Source: Basidiobolus meristosporus CBS 931.73
Taxonomy: Eukaryota; Fungi; Basidiobolomycota
Reading direction: 5' to 3'
Assembly: GCA_002104905.1 (NCBI GenBank)
Contig: MCFE01000220.1
Span: 59,798-123,797, forward strand
Length of the DNA stretch: 64,000 nt
Positions 23,688 through 36,494 of the stretch are shown piece by piece. The position numbers and the translations under genes are program-made. Every line of letters starts with the position of its first letter. Within the stretch, counting starts at the first letter, position 1. The notes under the pieces were generated by a model. It did not search any database and was not told where the DNA came from. It saw only the letters and a list, made by a program, of their open reading frames with translations.

Positions 23688-26600
23688 TGTTATGATCTGC
23701 CGCTTGAATGTTTAAGTTAGATCAGTTTTTAGTCAAATCAGTTAGTATATGTTTAGGTTATCGGTATAACAGTATTATCTATGAAATCAGTAGCATTAGT
23801 CAGCAAATGAATCAGCAGATCCTTATCAGACAGAAATAGATATATTAAGTAGGATCTTATTGGGTGATGATGATGCAATCAAATGAGTCATCAGCCACAA
23901 CCTACATTAGGAAATACAATTAGCCAGCAATTGATCTGGCAAAATGTATATAAGGAGCTGCTGGAACCTCAATAAAAATCAGTTCAAGTTTTAGTGAATA
24001 CAATACTAGCTAAACTCCCTATTCCTCTACAACTCTTATACCAAGACTTGTAACATTGGTAGCAGCAATAACCAGAAACCTCCCTCCTGAAGAAAGAAGA
24101 AACCACCCTCAAGATGTTGGACAATCAAGAATGGAAGAATGCCATGCAGCAAATCCTGGCCCAACAGCAACAGTTACTCCAGATCCTCAGCCAACAGCAA
24201 CAAGGAATGACTACCATGGCTCAGAACCAGCAAAGCCCTGTTAAGAGCAACTTTAGTGTGAAGGTCAACCAGTACCATGGCAGAGTCAATGAAAACCTGG
24301 GAACTTGGCTCTTTCAGATTGAAGAAGCTTTTAAAGCTAAAGGAATTGCTCCAGAGAGCAAGTTGCATTATGCAGCTTCTTACCTGGCAGATGCAGCTTT
24401 ACAGTGGTACCACAACAAGATCAGGTCAGCCACTATGATGGGATGCTCTACAATCTCTACCTGGGATGAGTTTGTGTTGGAAATTCAGGATGCTTTTGAA
24501 CCTCCACACCAGCAGACACTACTAAGAAGGAAGTTAAAGACACTCAGACAGAAAGGAATGGTGCAAGAATATATCTATGAGTACAGATGTCTACTTGGGC
24601 AAATTGAAAGAATGGACCCCTTGGATCAAGTTGAATACTTTATTGATGGGTTGAAAGAAAGAACTCGCAAGGAAGTGAATTACCAAAGACCTCAGACTAT
24701 TGAAGCCATCAAGATTGCCATTGACTATGACTCAGCTATGTTTGGAGTTGGGAAGCCTACAGTGACTAATCAGAAAGGCTACAATCATTATGAAAGAAGA
24801 CAGTCAGAAGCAGTACCAATGGAAATAGACGCTATGCAGAAGAATCCTGCCTTGGAAGAATGTAAGAAGAAAGGACTTTGCTTCAATTGCCACCAGCAAG
24901 GACATATCGCAAAGTACTGCCCTCAGAGAAGAAATGGACACCAGCCATCAAGAACCTTCAACCGCATTGAGGCCATGGAGCATAGTAACATGAAGAAGAC
25001 TCAGAACTCACCTTCCACATGACTGAAGAATACCTATCCTAGATGACCTCAAACTCAGGAAAGCTATTATACTTGAATGGAGTAATTAATGGAGTACCTG
25101 CCAAGATCATGATTGACTCAGGAGCGTTGCATGAATACATGTCAGAGCAATTTGCCTTGAAAGCTGGAATCAACTCAGAACCTACCAAATCAACTTCAGT
25201 CTCCACAGCTGATGGGAACTCTCACATAATCAACCATATGACCCAGCCAGTAAGAATGAAGATCAATGACCATGAAGAAGACCTACAGGCTTATATATTT
25301 GGGAACTGCAAGTTTGACCTTGTACTTGGAAAAACCTGGCTACTTTGTTGTAATCCATCAATCAACTGGAGAATCCATGCAACTCAGATCCAAAAGGACA
25401 ACAAGACCTATGAGCTATTACCTGCCAGGTTGGATTTCAACTTGGTCAATTCCAGTGTGTGTGAGACAAGTGAACTTAGCAAGACCCAGTTCTGTGGAGC
25501 ACTTAGAAAAGGTACCAAGATGTTCCTCATGGCTGTATTACAGGAGGATTCTGCTACCCCAGCACCCCAGCAGGTCCACACTCTCTTGAAGAAATATTTG
25601 GACGTGTTTCCAGATGAGGTTGTAAGCCTACCACCAGTCAGAGATGTGGATCATGCCATTGACACAGGAGATAGCCCTCCAGTGAGCAAGACACCTTACA
25701 GAATGAGTCCATCCCTAAGACAGCATTCAGGACCAGATATAGACATTACAAGTACTTAGTCATGAGTTTTGGCCTCACCAATGCCCCTGCAACTTTCATG
25801 ACCCTGCTGCAGACTCTCTTCCAGGAGTACTTAGACAAGTTTGTCATAATCTACCTAGATGATATACTAATATACAGCAAGACAGAAGAGGATCACTTGG
25901 TGCACATTGAAAAGGTCTTGAAGAAGCTAAGAGAGAACAAGCTTTACGGCAAGCTACCCAAGTGTGAATTCTTCAAGGAACACGTAGAATATCTGGGACA
26001 CATAGTGACTAGCACAGGAGTAACCTTAGACCCAAAGAAGGTGGAAGTAATCAAGAATTTGAAGCAGCCCCATAGCATATCAGAATTCAGATCATTCATT
26101 GGAATGGTTTCCTATTATTGGAGATTTGTCAAGTCTTTTGCAAGTATTGTAGCCCCTTTAACTGATATCCTCAAGAAAGACAATACCTACAAGTGGGACA
26201 TAGCTTGTGAGACTGCCTTCCAGACGCTCAAGAATGAACTTGCTAAGCTGCCAAGCCTAAGAATACCAGACTTCAGAAAAGAGTTCACTCTGTGCACAGA
26301 TGCTTCAGATTATGCAATTGGTGGAGTGCTGAGCCAAGAACACAAGGGAAAGGACTACCCTGTTGCCTTTGAATCCAAGAAACTGAACTCAGCAGAACAA
26401 AACTATCCAGTCCATGAGAAGGAGATGTTACCTATAATACACTGTTTGAAGACATGGAGATGCTATATTGAAGGAGTCAAATGCACTGTGAAGACTGATC
26501 ATACCTCCCTCAAGTATATATTTACTCAGAAGGTACTCTCTAGAAGAATGACAAGATGGAGTGAATACATTCAGCAATTTGACCTGGTGATTGTCTACTG

Positions 26601-28326
26601 CCCTGGAAAAAACAACACGGTTGCTGACGCCTTATCAAGATTGGATGAAGTTGCACAACTCAACTTGGTGCATGAATCAGATTGGCCTAGCCTATTACCT
26701 AAGTACTTGGAGGACCAAGCCATTCCTAATGAGGTGGATGAAGATATCAAGAAGATAATCCGTGATGAAGCCAGCAAATTTGTAGTACAGGATGAAACAC
26801 TCTACCAAATTGTTGATGGAAGCCCTATTGCCTATTGCCCTTATGTTTCTCGCCTGGATTTAATACATAAGCTACACAATGGATATGGACATCTTGGGAT
26901 TGAAGGAACCTATAGCCTTGTGAATGCCAGAGCATGGTGGCCCAGAATGAAACAAGATATGGAGAAGCTAATGAAAATATGCCCAAACTGCCAAATCAAT
27001 CAAGGCCAGCCACAAAGAATTGCCAAACTCTTCCCTTTGGATCCTGTAAGACCATTTGAGAGATGGGGAATTGACTTTATTGGAAGACTGCCAACTACCA
27101 GGAAATGCAACCATTGAATCCTAGTAGCTATTGACCATGCCACTAAATGGCCAGGTGCTAAAGCTGTACCAATAGCCAGTGAACAAGAAGTTGCAAGTTT
27201 CATTTACCATGAGATCCTGATGAAGTTTGGATGCCCTGTGGAGATCTTATCCAATAGAGGCGCAAACTTTATGGCAAAAACACTGGAGGCTTACCTGGAA
27301 ATGCAGCAGATCAGACACTTGAAAACCTTGGCATATCACCCCAGAACTAATGGAGTCACTGAGCGGTTTAATGGATTATTTGGAAAAATGCTGACCAAGT
27401 ATGCAAATGGAGTTGTCAGTAGATGGGATGAGTATATAGACCAAGCACTCTTTGCATGCAGAGTCAGAGTACACAACACCACCCAGCATTCACCATTTTA
27501 CTTAGTGTATGGATGTGAACCAAGGATTCCAGGAGATCTCACACAACCAAAGCTTACAGACACCTTAGAAGATGAACTCAGTCAGCCAAGTAGACACCAG
27601 CAACTGGAACAAAGATGTCAAGAGGCACAGACCAAAGTATCTCAAAGTGCAGAAAAGATGAAGCAGAGATTTGATAAGACTATAGCACCAGAAGCATTGA
27701 CAGTTGGGAACTTTGTATTGCTAAGAAACAACACTTGGAAGAAGTTTGAGCCACAATGGACAGGACCATTCAAGATCATCAGAGAATGTCCATTTGCAAC
27801 TTACCAACTGGTGGACAAAAAAGGCAATATCCAGGAAGACTTAGTGCATAGGGACAGACTCAAGCTTGCAAGACTTGCTGACAATACTGAACCGTCAAGA
27901 TATTGGTATCACAAGAAAAGAGATTCAGGAGAACCCTCTGAACTTTAGTACGGGAGAATGTTACAATCTGCCGCTTGAATGTTTAAGGTATATCAGTTTT
28001 TGGTCAAATCAATTAGTATATGTTTAGGTTATCAGTATATCAGTATTATCTATGAAATCAGTAGCATTAGTCAGCAAATGAATCAGCAGATCCTTATCAG
28101 ACGGAAATAGATATATTAAGTAGGATCTTATTGGGTGATGATGATGCAATCAAATGAGTCATCAGCCACAACCTACATTAGGAAATACAATTAGTCAGCA
28201 ATTGATCTAGCAAAATGTGTATAAGGAGCTGCTGAAACCTCAATAAAAATCAGTTCAAGTTTTAGTGAATACAATACTAGCTAAACTCCCTATTCCTCTA
28301 CAACTCTTATACCAAGACTTGTAACA
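23688..28326 (+). mobile_element. Ty3/gypsy family B copy E1 (defective), LTRs 23688-24055 and 27959-28326, TSD GACC
   Basis: gag-pol broken by a ~13-bp deletion near 24990, a ~283-bp RT deletion near 25712 and a W>stop at 27115. About a dozen LTR differences by eye. The empty-site homolog near 14080 has a single GACC. Confidence 0.93.
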
Positions 28327-28329
28327 GAC

Positions 28330-29600
28330 CTATGCAAGTTGCTACACCCTACACTCAACAAGTAACTCCATTTGAATCCACCATTCAGTAAGTATTTTTG
28401 TTGAAATATTCTATTTTCATGACTTAAGCTGGAAACAAATTTGGCAGAAACCAAACAGCTTTATGCCACTGTTCATTCACTGGCTCTCATATAACCTGGT
28501 CTTAAGCCAGCACTGCAAGGCCTAGCACCTCATCAGCCAGTCTTTGCAATAAATCCTTGCCATATTCAGGTGCGTTTTCTTGAGCACTGCTCTTGAAGAA
28601 GTACTGCAACCTCTTGGTGTGCCTATTAGTATTCCAGAATTCCACTGAAGGCATTGTGATAGTCTTTTGAGTTCTTAAGTGTTGTAGCCTTGTCTGTCAG
28701 CATGTTCTCCACTCTGTCAACAATTAAGGATATGGAGGCTGTGGTAGACAAGTTGACTATCTCTGCAAACTCATCTATTACACTGGAGTGTAGCTCAACT
28801 GGCTGTGCTTCCAATTCTTGGAAAACTGCTGTTTTCTTGCTGATAAATCTTCTTGGCTATGATGGGATTCAGCCTGTTCTGGGCTTACAGCATTAATTGG
28901 CAAGAACTGCAACTTTTTTCTTATGTTTCCCTGACTCTGGCTTAGGTAGACTTTTTGCCATGTTGCTTTTCATTGATCACTGACAGGACTTTCACTGCTG
29001 CTTTGTCTGAATACTTATCATATTGAGCTGCATTTTATCCTTGAAAAATGCTGCTTTGATGCATCTGCTTTGACCTGCTGGTCCCTTGCTGGCACTCTGT
29101 GGGCAACCTGATGCTTCTTTCCCACTTGTTTCAAGCTCTCAGCATATCATGTGACAGGCTCCCAAAGTAGCCACTTGTTTTTATCACTGCCAGGTCATTC
29201 TCTACTACCTTGACAGAGCACTTCTTGAGTGGAACTGCGCTTTTCCTTAATAAATGTTGTGCTGGTGCATTTGTGTCTGCCTGCTTTTCCCTTATCAGTA
29301 CTCTTACAGCTACCTGGTGTCTCTCTGTCACTTATTTGGAGCTTTTAGCTCTGCTTGTAATGGGCACTTGCTGAAGCCACTGGTTTTTAGCAATTGCACC
29401 CTTATTCTTCTGCCTTTGATAGTTTCTGCTTTTTTTGAGATATTGTTGTGGCATACCAGTGCCAGGCCAAAATCCATTTGCTTGTTTAAATCCAGAATAA
29501 TACTTATGGAACAAGTCATGCACATTCTGCTTGGCCTTGAGTTCATGATGGTGCATGATTCTTTGGCAGCATACATAGAGAAGTAAGTTGAACTAAAGGA
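28330..29600 (-). pseudogene. ORF2 relic of DNA transposon copy 3 (continues at ~23400-23687)
   Basis: Reverse homolog of ~12800-14090, e.g. MEAQPVELHSSVIDEFAE versus ELEAHSVELHSSKVDDFAE. Confidence 0.7.
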
Positions 29601-29747
29601 GAAACAGCTATATATATACATGTGTATGGGGTGGTCAAGACCAAAGGGGAAATGGTGTTACATATACATGTGTATGTGGTGTAACAACTTTATTTATAAT
29701 GCTTACTATGGTGGGTCATCATTGAATCTTACATTCATGCAGGTGCA

Positions 29748-30116
29748 TGTTGCAATTTAAGAAGTGATTTGGATATAAGGAACTTATCAAGAAATAGTGA
29801 TAATAGTTGAACTGTTGTTTATTCATAAAGAAGCTCAGTATTTATACCTTTGTAGAAGTAATACAGCTGCAACACTAAGTAGGGAGGGTTTCTCAATATT
29901 CAGGAGCATTCTGTAACAGTTTCAGGGTTAGTACATAATGTTTGGTAATAGTGCTAATTTGATCCTGACTATAGGGGAATAATCATAAGATCATATATCT
30001 GGAGAAAGTGGCAAAGTTAAGGCAGTAAATGAGTCCTATAGTGACTAAGACTAGCCTAGAATTGTTAAGTAAATTTTTAGCTGCTGAATGATACCAAATA
30101 GTCCAATATTTCAACA
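29748..30116 (-). repeat. Young solo LTR, family C, TSD GTGCA
   Basis: Near-identical to 36121-36489; GTGCA at 29743-29747 and 30117-30121. Confidence 0.92.
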
Positions 30117-30598
30117 GTGCAATGTCTCCAGTACACGACCGTATTAAATTTACATGAGTATTGACAAAAAATGATCTAACAGCATTATGTTGTTGAGTGT
30201 TGAACTGTTTGCCCAATAGACAAGATTACTTTGATTTAAAAACGTAAGAGAAGAGGAAATAGACTATGTGGCTGTTGTAGTATGCCTCTCAGGCATGAAG
30301 CATGCAGACCACATAGGATGTACTATGAGGATCATGGCCAGTGTGTTACCACACAAGTCATATTTGACCATTCATTAGTCACTACTGTACCAACATTATC
30401 TTGCCAGCAACTTGATACATCTTTTACTGTACCTGGCCATACTCTCCTCCTTGTGCAAACTGAGTTGGGTGAGTTTATGATGCTTTGAAGCTCACCCAAG
30501 CCTTCTAAATATGGCATGCAAAGTAAAAGCTCTGAAGAAGCAGGCTCACTGATGGATTGTGAGCCTATCTTCCCTAACTAGAGTACCCTGCATAAGCC

Positions 30599-30947
30599 TG
30601 TTGAAATAATTAGGAGTCAGCATAATTATTACTATATTATGATCTAGCACTTAGTGAAACAATGTATTTCAGATTATAAACTTAGAAATTAGTTTGTAAG
30701 ATATTTACTGATTAATAGGAATTAGAGAAGTACAGAATTTTAGGAAAATCTGAAACTTGTCCAAATGAGCTGAAACTTAGCACATGAACTCCTGAGACTC
30801 CCCTAATAATTACAAGATAGTTACAGTTATGTAGTTCTGCACTAAGTATAAATACTGTGTTGCAACTCAATAAAACAACAAGTGAATATTGTATAAATCT
30901 TCTAATTTTCCAATTCACCTCAAATATATCTCTTTAATATTTGAACA
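30599..30947 (+). repeat. Solo LTR, family F (349 bp), TSD AAGCC
   Basis: TGTTG...GAACA; AAGCC at 30594-30598 and 30948-30952; homolog at 46996-47344. Confidence 0.82.
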
Positions 30948-31056
30948 AAGCCCAGCAATATCCTGTAATATAATGTGGCAAGACCTGTGGAAAAGATGCC
31001 TAGGATACCTCATGGAGTCATGTGCGCCCAGTAAATGATCTACTGTTGAATGATGT

Positions 31057-31425
31057 TGTTATAATCTACTGCTTCAATGTTAAAGTCAGATCAGTTTTTG
31101 GTCAAATCAATTAGTATTATGATTGGCCTATCAGTATATCAGTGTTATCTATTGGATAATTAGTATTAGTCAGCAGATGAATTAACAGATCCTTACCATA
31201 CAGAAATAGATATATTAAATAGGATCTAATTAGGTAATGATGATGAATTCAAATGAGTCATCAGCCACAATCTACATTAGGAAATACAATTATTCAGCAA
31301 TTGATCTGGCAAGATGTATGTAAGGAGCTGCTGGAACCTCAATAAAGATCAGCTCAAGTTTCAGTTAATGCAATACTAGCTAAAATCCCTGTTCCTCTAC
31401 AACTCTTATATCAAGACTTGTAACA
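31057..31425 (+). repeat. Solo LTR, family B, TSD ATGT
   Basis: ATGT at 31053-31056 and 31426-31429. Confidence 0.88.
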
Positions 31426-31805
31426 ATGTGATGTTGTGGCCAGTGAAGTGCACATCTATTGTAATATCAGTAATAGGGGATTTGCAAGTTCATTAATACT
31501 ACTTGCCAAAATCATCCTCGGATGCAACTTACCATATATATAGTAAAAACAGACAACTGTTATGTGGGTGGGAACCTATGGCCCTGAGACCATCCAGATT
31601 CCAGCATGTATTAAGAGTTACATGGAATTCACATCAGAAAATGCCACCATTGCAAGGTGTTCAACTTGTCAGGAATCTACCACCATTAGGGGAAAGCATT
31701 GTTTACATTCCAATATATTTGAGTAATACCCATCAAATAAAGCCCATGCAGTCTAAGATGTATTACAAAGCTATATAGTGCCACACTCAGAATTGATCAA
31801 GGGTA

Positions 31806-34800
31806 TGTTGAAATATTGGACTATTTGGTATCATTCAGCAGCTAAAAATTTACTTAACAATTCTAGGCTAGTCTTAGTCACTGTAGGACTCATTTACTGC
31901 CTTTACTTTGCCACTTTCTCCAGATATATGATCTTATGATTATTCCCCTATAGTCAGGATCAAATTAGCACTATTACCAAACATTATGTACTAACCCTGA
32001 AACTGTTACAGAATGCTCCTGAATATTGAGAAACCCTCCCTACTTAGTGTTGCAGCTGTATTACTTCTACAAAGGTATAAATACTGAGCTTCTTTATGAA
32101 TAAACAACAGTTCAACTATTATCACTATTTCTTGATAAGTTCCTTATATCCAAATCACTTCTTAAATTGCAACAGGTTATGAGCCCCGATTGCCTTAACG
32201 TATTCTAAAGATGACTTCTACCAGCAAACAAAGCAATACCAACATCTTCCCTGTAAAGGAGAGGTTTGATGGGAAGAACTACAGACTTTGGAGAATCAAG
32301 ATGCAGATCCACCTTGAGGAAAGAAAGCTTTGGAATATAGTAACAGGAAAGGAAGTTGAGCCCAAAGGAACAGCAGAAGATGTGGAGAAGTTTCAAGAGA
32401 AGGAGAGAAAGGCCTTCAATGCAATATGCATCAATGTGCAAGACTCCTTCATTGGACAAATCCATGCCTCAAATACTGCCAAAGCAGCATGGGAATCCTT
32501 GGAGAAGATCTTTAGAGCAAAGTCAGTATCAAGCAAGCTTTATTTGAAACAAAAGTTCTTCAACATGAGAAAAAAGCCAGATGATGACATGCTACAACTC
32601 ATTACCAGAATGGAGACACTTGCAGAAGAACTTTACAGTATTAATGCTGGTGTAGATGATGAAGAAAAGATACTCTGTCTGCTTTGCAGCCTACCAGACG
32701 AGTATGAGCCACTCATACTTTCTTTTAAAAGCAGAGAAGACAACTTGACTTTAGACTATGTCAAAGGAAGACTTCTCCATGAAGAACTCAGACGTAATGA
32801 CCAAGCAGAGAAAATTGAAGATAATGCTTTATTCAGTTCAGAAAGGCATACAGAAAAGAAGGGAAAGCAACAAAACCGAAGAAAACCTGGCTGCTGTAAC
32901 TACTGTAAGAAGCCAGGACACTGGGCAAGAGAATGCAAGAAGAAACAAGCAGACGAAAAACAGAAACTAGAGCAGGCAAACCATATAACCACTGATGAAC
33001 AGCTATTTGTCACTGTACAAGAGAGTGCAAGTAACCGAAGTAATGAATGGTATATTGACTCTGGAGCATCACAGCATATTTGTGGTATAAAGGATTGGTT
33101 CAGCAACTTAAAGACTATTCCCGTAAGAAAGGTTTATCTGGGAGATAACTCTGCATTGGAAGCTACCGCCAGTGGGTCCATACAACTAAATATGAGTGAT
33201 AACTCAGGGGCAACAACAGCAAAACTGACTGACGTACTCTATGTACCTGGAATAGCTAAGAACCTACTCTCAGTCAGTAAAGCAACTACTCAGGGACTGA
33301 AATTCGTTTTTACTAAGCTGAGCTGCTCAATATTGAGTGAAAATGGACAAAAATTAGCTTCGGGAATCAGAGATCATAATATATACAAGTTACAATGCAA
33401 GATCATTGTACCTGAGTATGTCAACATTGCTGAAACCGATGAAACCAACTGGGAGACGTGGCATAGGAGGCTAGGACACATAGGGGAACAGAAAATGAGC
33501 CAATTGGTGAAAAATCAGCTTGTTTTGGGCCTAAAATACTCAATTCCGATCAAATTGAATGTTTGTAAAGGATGTTCATATGGCAAACAAGCTAGGCAAC
33601 GTTTCAAGAGCTCAGAAGGCATCAGTACCACCGAAATATTGGCTATTGTACACTCAGACATATGTGGCCCCATGAGAACACTGTCCTTTGGAGCCAAGAG
33701 ATACTTTATGACGTTTATTGATGACAAGACAAGATATACATGGGTGTACTTCCTCAAAACAAAGGATGAAGCTTTAGAGACGTTTAAGCACTTCAAGAAC
33801 ATGGCAGAAACACAAACTGGGTGTAAATTGAAGGTACTACAAAGTGACAATGGAGGAGAATACTGCTCAAAGGAGTTTGCAAAATACTGCTTGTCTACTG
33901 GTATACTTCAACAGACCACAGTTCCTCATACTCCACAGCAAAATGGAGTAGCAGAACGTGCAAACAGAACAATAGTAGAGATGGGAAGATCTATGCTACA
34001 TGATAAGGGAATGGACTACAAGTTTTGGGCTGAATCTGTTGCTACCGCTGTATACATCAAGAACAGATGCCCAACAACAGCACTACGTGATTCTACACCC
34101 TTTGAAGCATATACAGGCAAAAAACCAGATCTCCAGCACCTCAGGATCTTTGGCAGTGATGTTTTTTATCACATCCCTGACAAAAAACGCTCAAAGTTGG
34201 AACCAAAGAGTAGAAAAGGGATCTTTCTTGGGTATTGTGAAGGTACTAAAGGGTATAGAGTGTATGATGGCGAAATTCAGAAGCTGATCAAGAGCAGGGA
34301 CGTTGTATTTGAGGAGAATTCAGATCAGAAAGCCACAGAAATCATTGGCCAGCTGCCTGATGATGCAATCAACACAAATGAAGAAGATACGTACCAAATC
34401 CAGCCAGAGATGGAAGATACTTCTACCAGTTCCAGATCAGAACAGATTATCCCAGTTAGGAGATCTACCAGAATAAGAAATGCCCCTGGATCCTGGTGGC
34501 AGACATCCAATGATCATGAAGAAGCTTATCTTGCCTTATGTGCCGAACCTCAGAATCTGGAACAGGCAATGCAAGGTCCAGATGCTACTAAGTGGCAACA
34601 AGCCATGCAGGAGGAGTACCAATCACTGATCAAGGCAAAACGTGGGAACTGGTAGATTTACCAAATGGGAGAAAGCCAATAGGATGTAGATGGGTCTATA
34701 AGATCAAGATAACCTCAAATGGTGCCGTTGATAAGTACAAGGCTAGATTGGTAGCTAAAGGCTATTCCCAGATCCAGGGACTAGACTTTAAGGAAACATT

Positions 34801-36489
34801 TGCTCCGGTTGCCAAGTTTAACTCTATTAGGACAGTTCTAGCCCTGGCAGCTGTACACAGTCTGATCTACACCAAATGGACGTCAAAACAGCCTTTCTAA
34901 ATGGGGATTTGCAAGAAACTATATATATGGAGCAACCAGAAGGTTTTACCGATCCAAAAAGCCCCCATAAGGTGTGCAAACTTAGAAAATCGTTGTATGG
35001 GCTTAAGCAGGCACCCAGAGCATGGTATAACAAGATTGACACATATCTAGAGGAAATTGGGTTCTCTCGTAGCACTGCAGATCACAGTATATATGTGAAA
35101 CAGCTCAAAAAGGGTGTGATCATCCTAGTTCTTTATGTGGACGACCTAATTATAGCTACAAGTGATCAAGAGGCACTTAAACAGACGAAATCAGATCTCT
35201 TCAGCAAGTTTGAGATGAAAGATCTTGGAAAATTGAGCTATTTTCTTGGAATTGAGGTCAAATTTGACATACCTACGCAGAAAATTGTGCTGAATCAGTC
35301 TAAGTACATCAGGGACATTCTTAGACGCTTCAAAATGGAAAATTGCAAACCTGCAGCAACCCCTATGGACAATAACCTGAAATTAAGCAAATCTCAGCCA
35401 GTTATGGATGAAAACGGCTCAAATATGGACCAAAACTTTCCCTATCAATCAATGGTCGGTAGCCTAATGTACTTGATGGTGTCTACACGTCCAGATATTG
35501 CAGTAGCAGTTGGAATAGTCAGTCAATTCATGCAGAATTATGGATCAGATCAAATTGCAGCAGTTAAGCGGATTTTCAGATATCTACAAGGTACCATAAA
35601 TATGGTACTGGAATACTCTGGAGCAGCTAATAGGCGAAAATTTGATGGTTATAGTGATTCAGATTGGGGTAGAGATCTGATTGACAGACGCTCTACCACA
35701 GGCTATGTATTTCTTTATGCTGGTGCAGCTATTACTTGGAATTGCAAGAAACAACCAACTGTGGCACTATCTACAACTGAAGCCGAATATATGGCTGCAT
35801 GTCAAGCAACTAAGGAGGCTATATGGCTACGAAAATTATTCAAAGACTTAGGTTTTAATTCAGGTGAACCAACATGTATTTACAAGGATAATCAAAGTTG
35901 TATTTCATTAGCTAGAAATCCTACTAATCATGCCAGAACTAAGCACATTGATATACAGCATCACTTTGTGAGGGAAGCTGTAGAAAATAACTTAGTAGAG
36001 CTGGTTTACTGCCCAACTGACAAAATGGTGGCAGACATATTGACAAAACCACTAGCTAGGCCACAGTTTGAGATCCTTAGAGAGAAATTGGGATTAAGAA
36101 ATTATTTAGTTGAGGGGGAGTGTTGAAATATTGGACTATTTGGTATCATTCAGCAGCTAAAAATTTACTTAACAATTCTAGGCTAGTCTTAGTCACTGTA
36201 GGACTCATTTACTGCCTTAACTTTGCCACTTTCTCCAGATATATGATCTTATGATTATTCCCCTATAGTCAGGATCAAATTAGCACTATTACCAAACATT
36301 ATGTACTAACCCTGAAACTGTTACAGAATGCTCCTGAATATTGAGAAACCCTCCCTACTTAGTGTTGCAGCTGTATTACTTCTACAAAGGTATAAATACT
36401 GAGCTTCTTTATGAATAAACAACAGTTCAACTATTATCACTATTTCTTGATAAGTTCCTTATATCCAAATCACTTCTTAAATTGCAACA
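31806..36489 (+). mobile_element. Young full-length Ty1/copia element (family C), LTRs 31806-32174 and 36121-36489, TSD GGGTA
   Basis: 369-bp LTRs with one difference seen by eye; PBS GGTTATGAGCCC at 32175-32186; PPT GAGGGGGAG before the 3' LTR; GGGTA at 31801-31805 and 36490-36494. Confidence 0.96.
32211..36126 (+). CDS. Copia C gag-PR-IN-RT-RNase H polyprotein, broken by two apparent 1-bp deletions (~34637, ~34864)
   Basis: CNYCKKPGHWAREC, WYIDSGAS, WHRRLGH, HSDICG/QSDNGGEY/NGVAER, HQMDVKTAF, LYVDDLII, YSDSDWG, TKHIDIQHHF across three ORF pieces. Confidence 0.9.
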
Positions 36490-36494
36490 GGGTA

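Noticed and set aside
34592-34900. Programmed frameshifting in copia C
   Set aside because: Both breaks fall inside RT, where copia elements do not recode; indels or sequencing errors are simpler.
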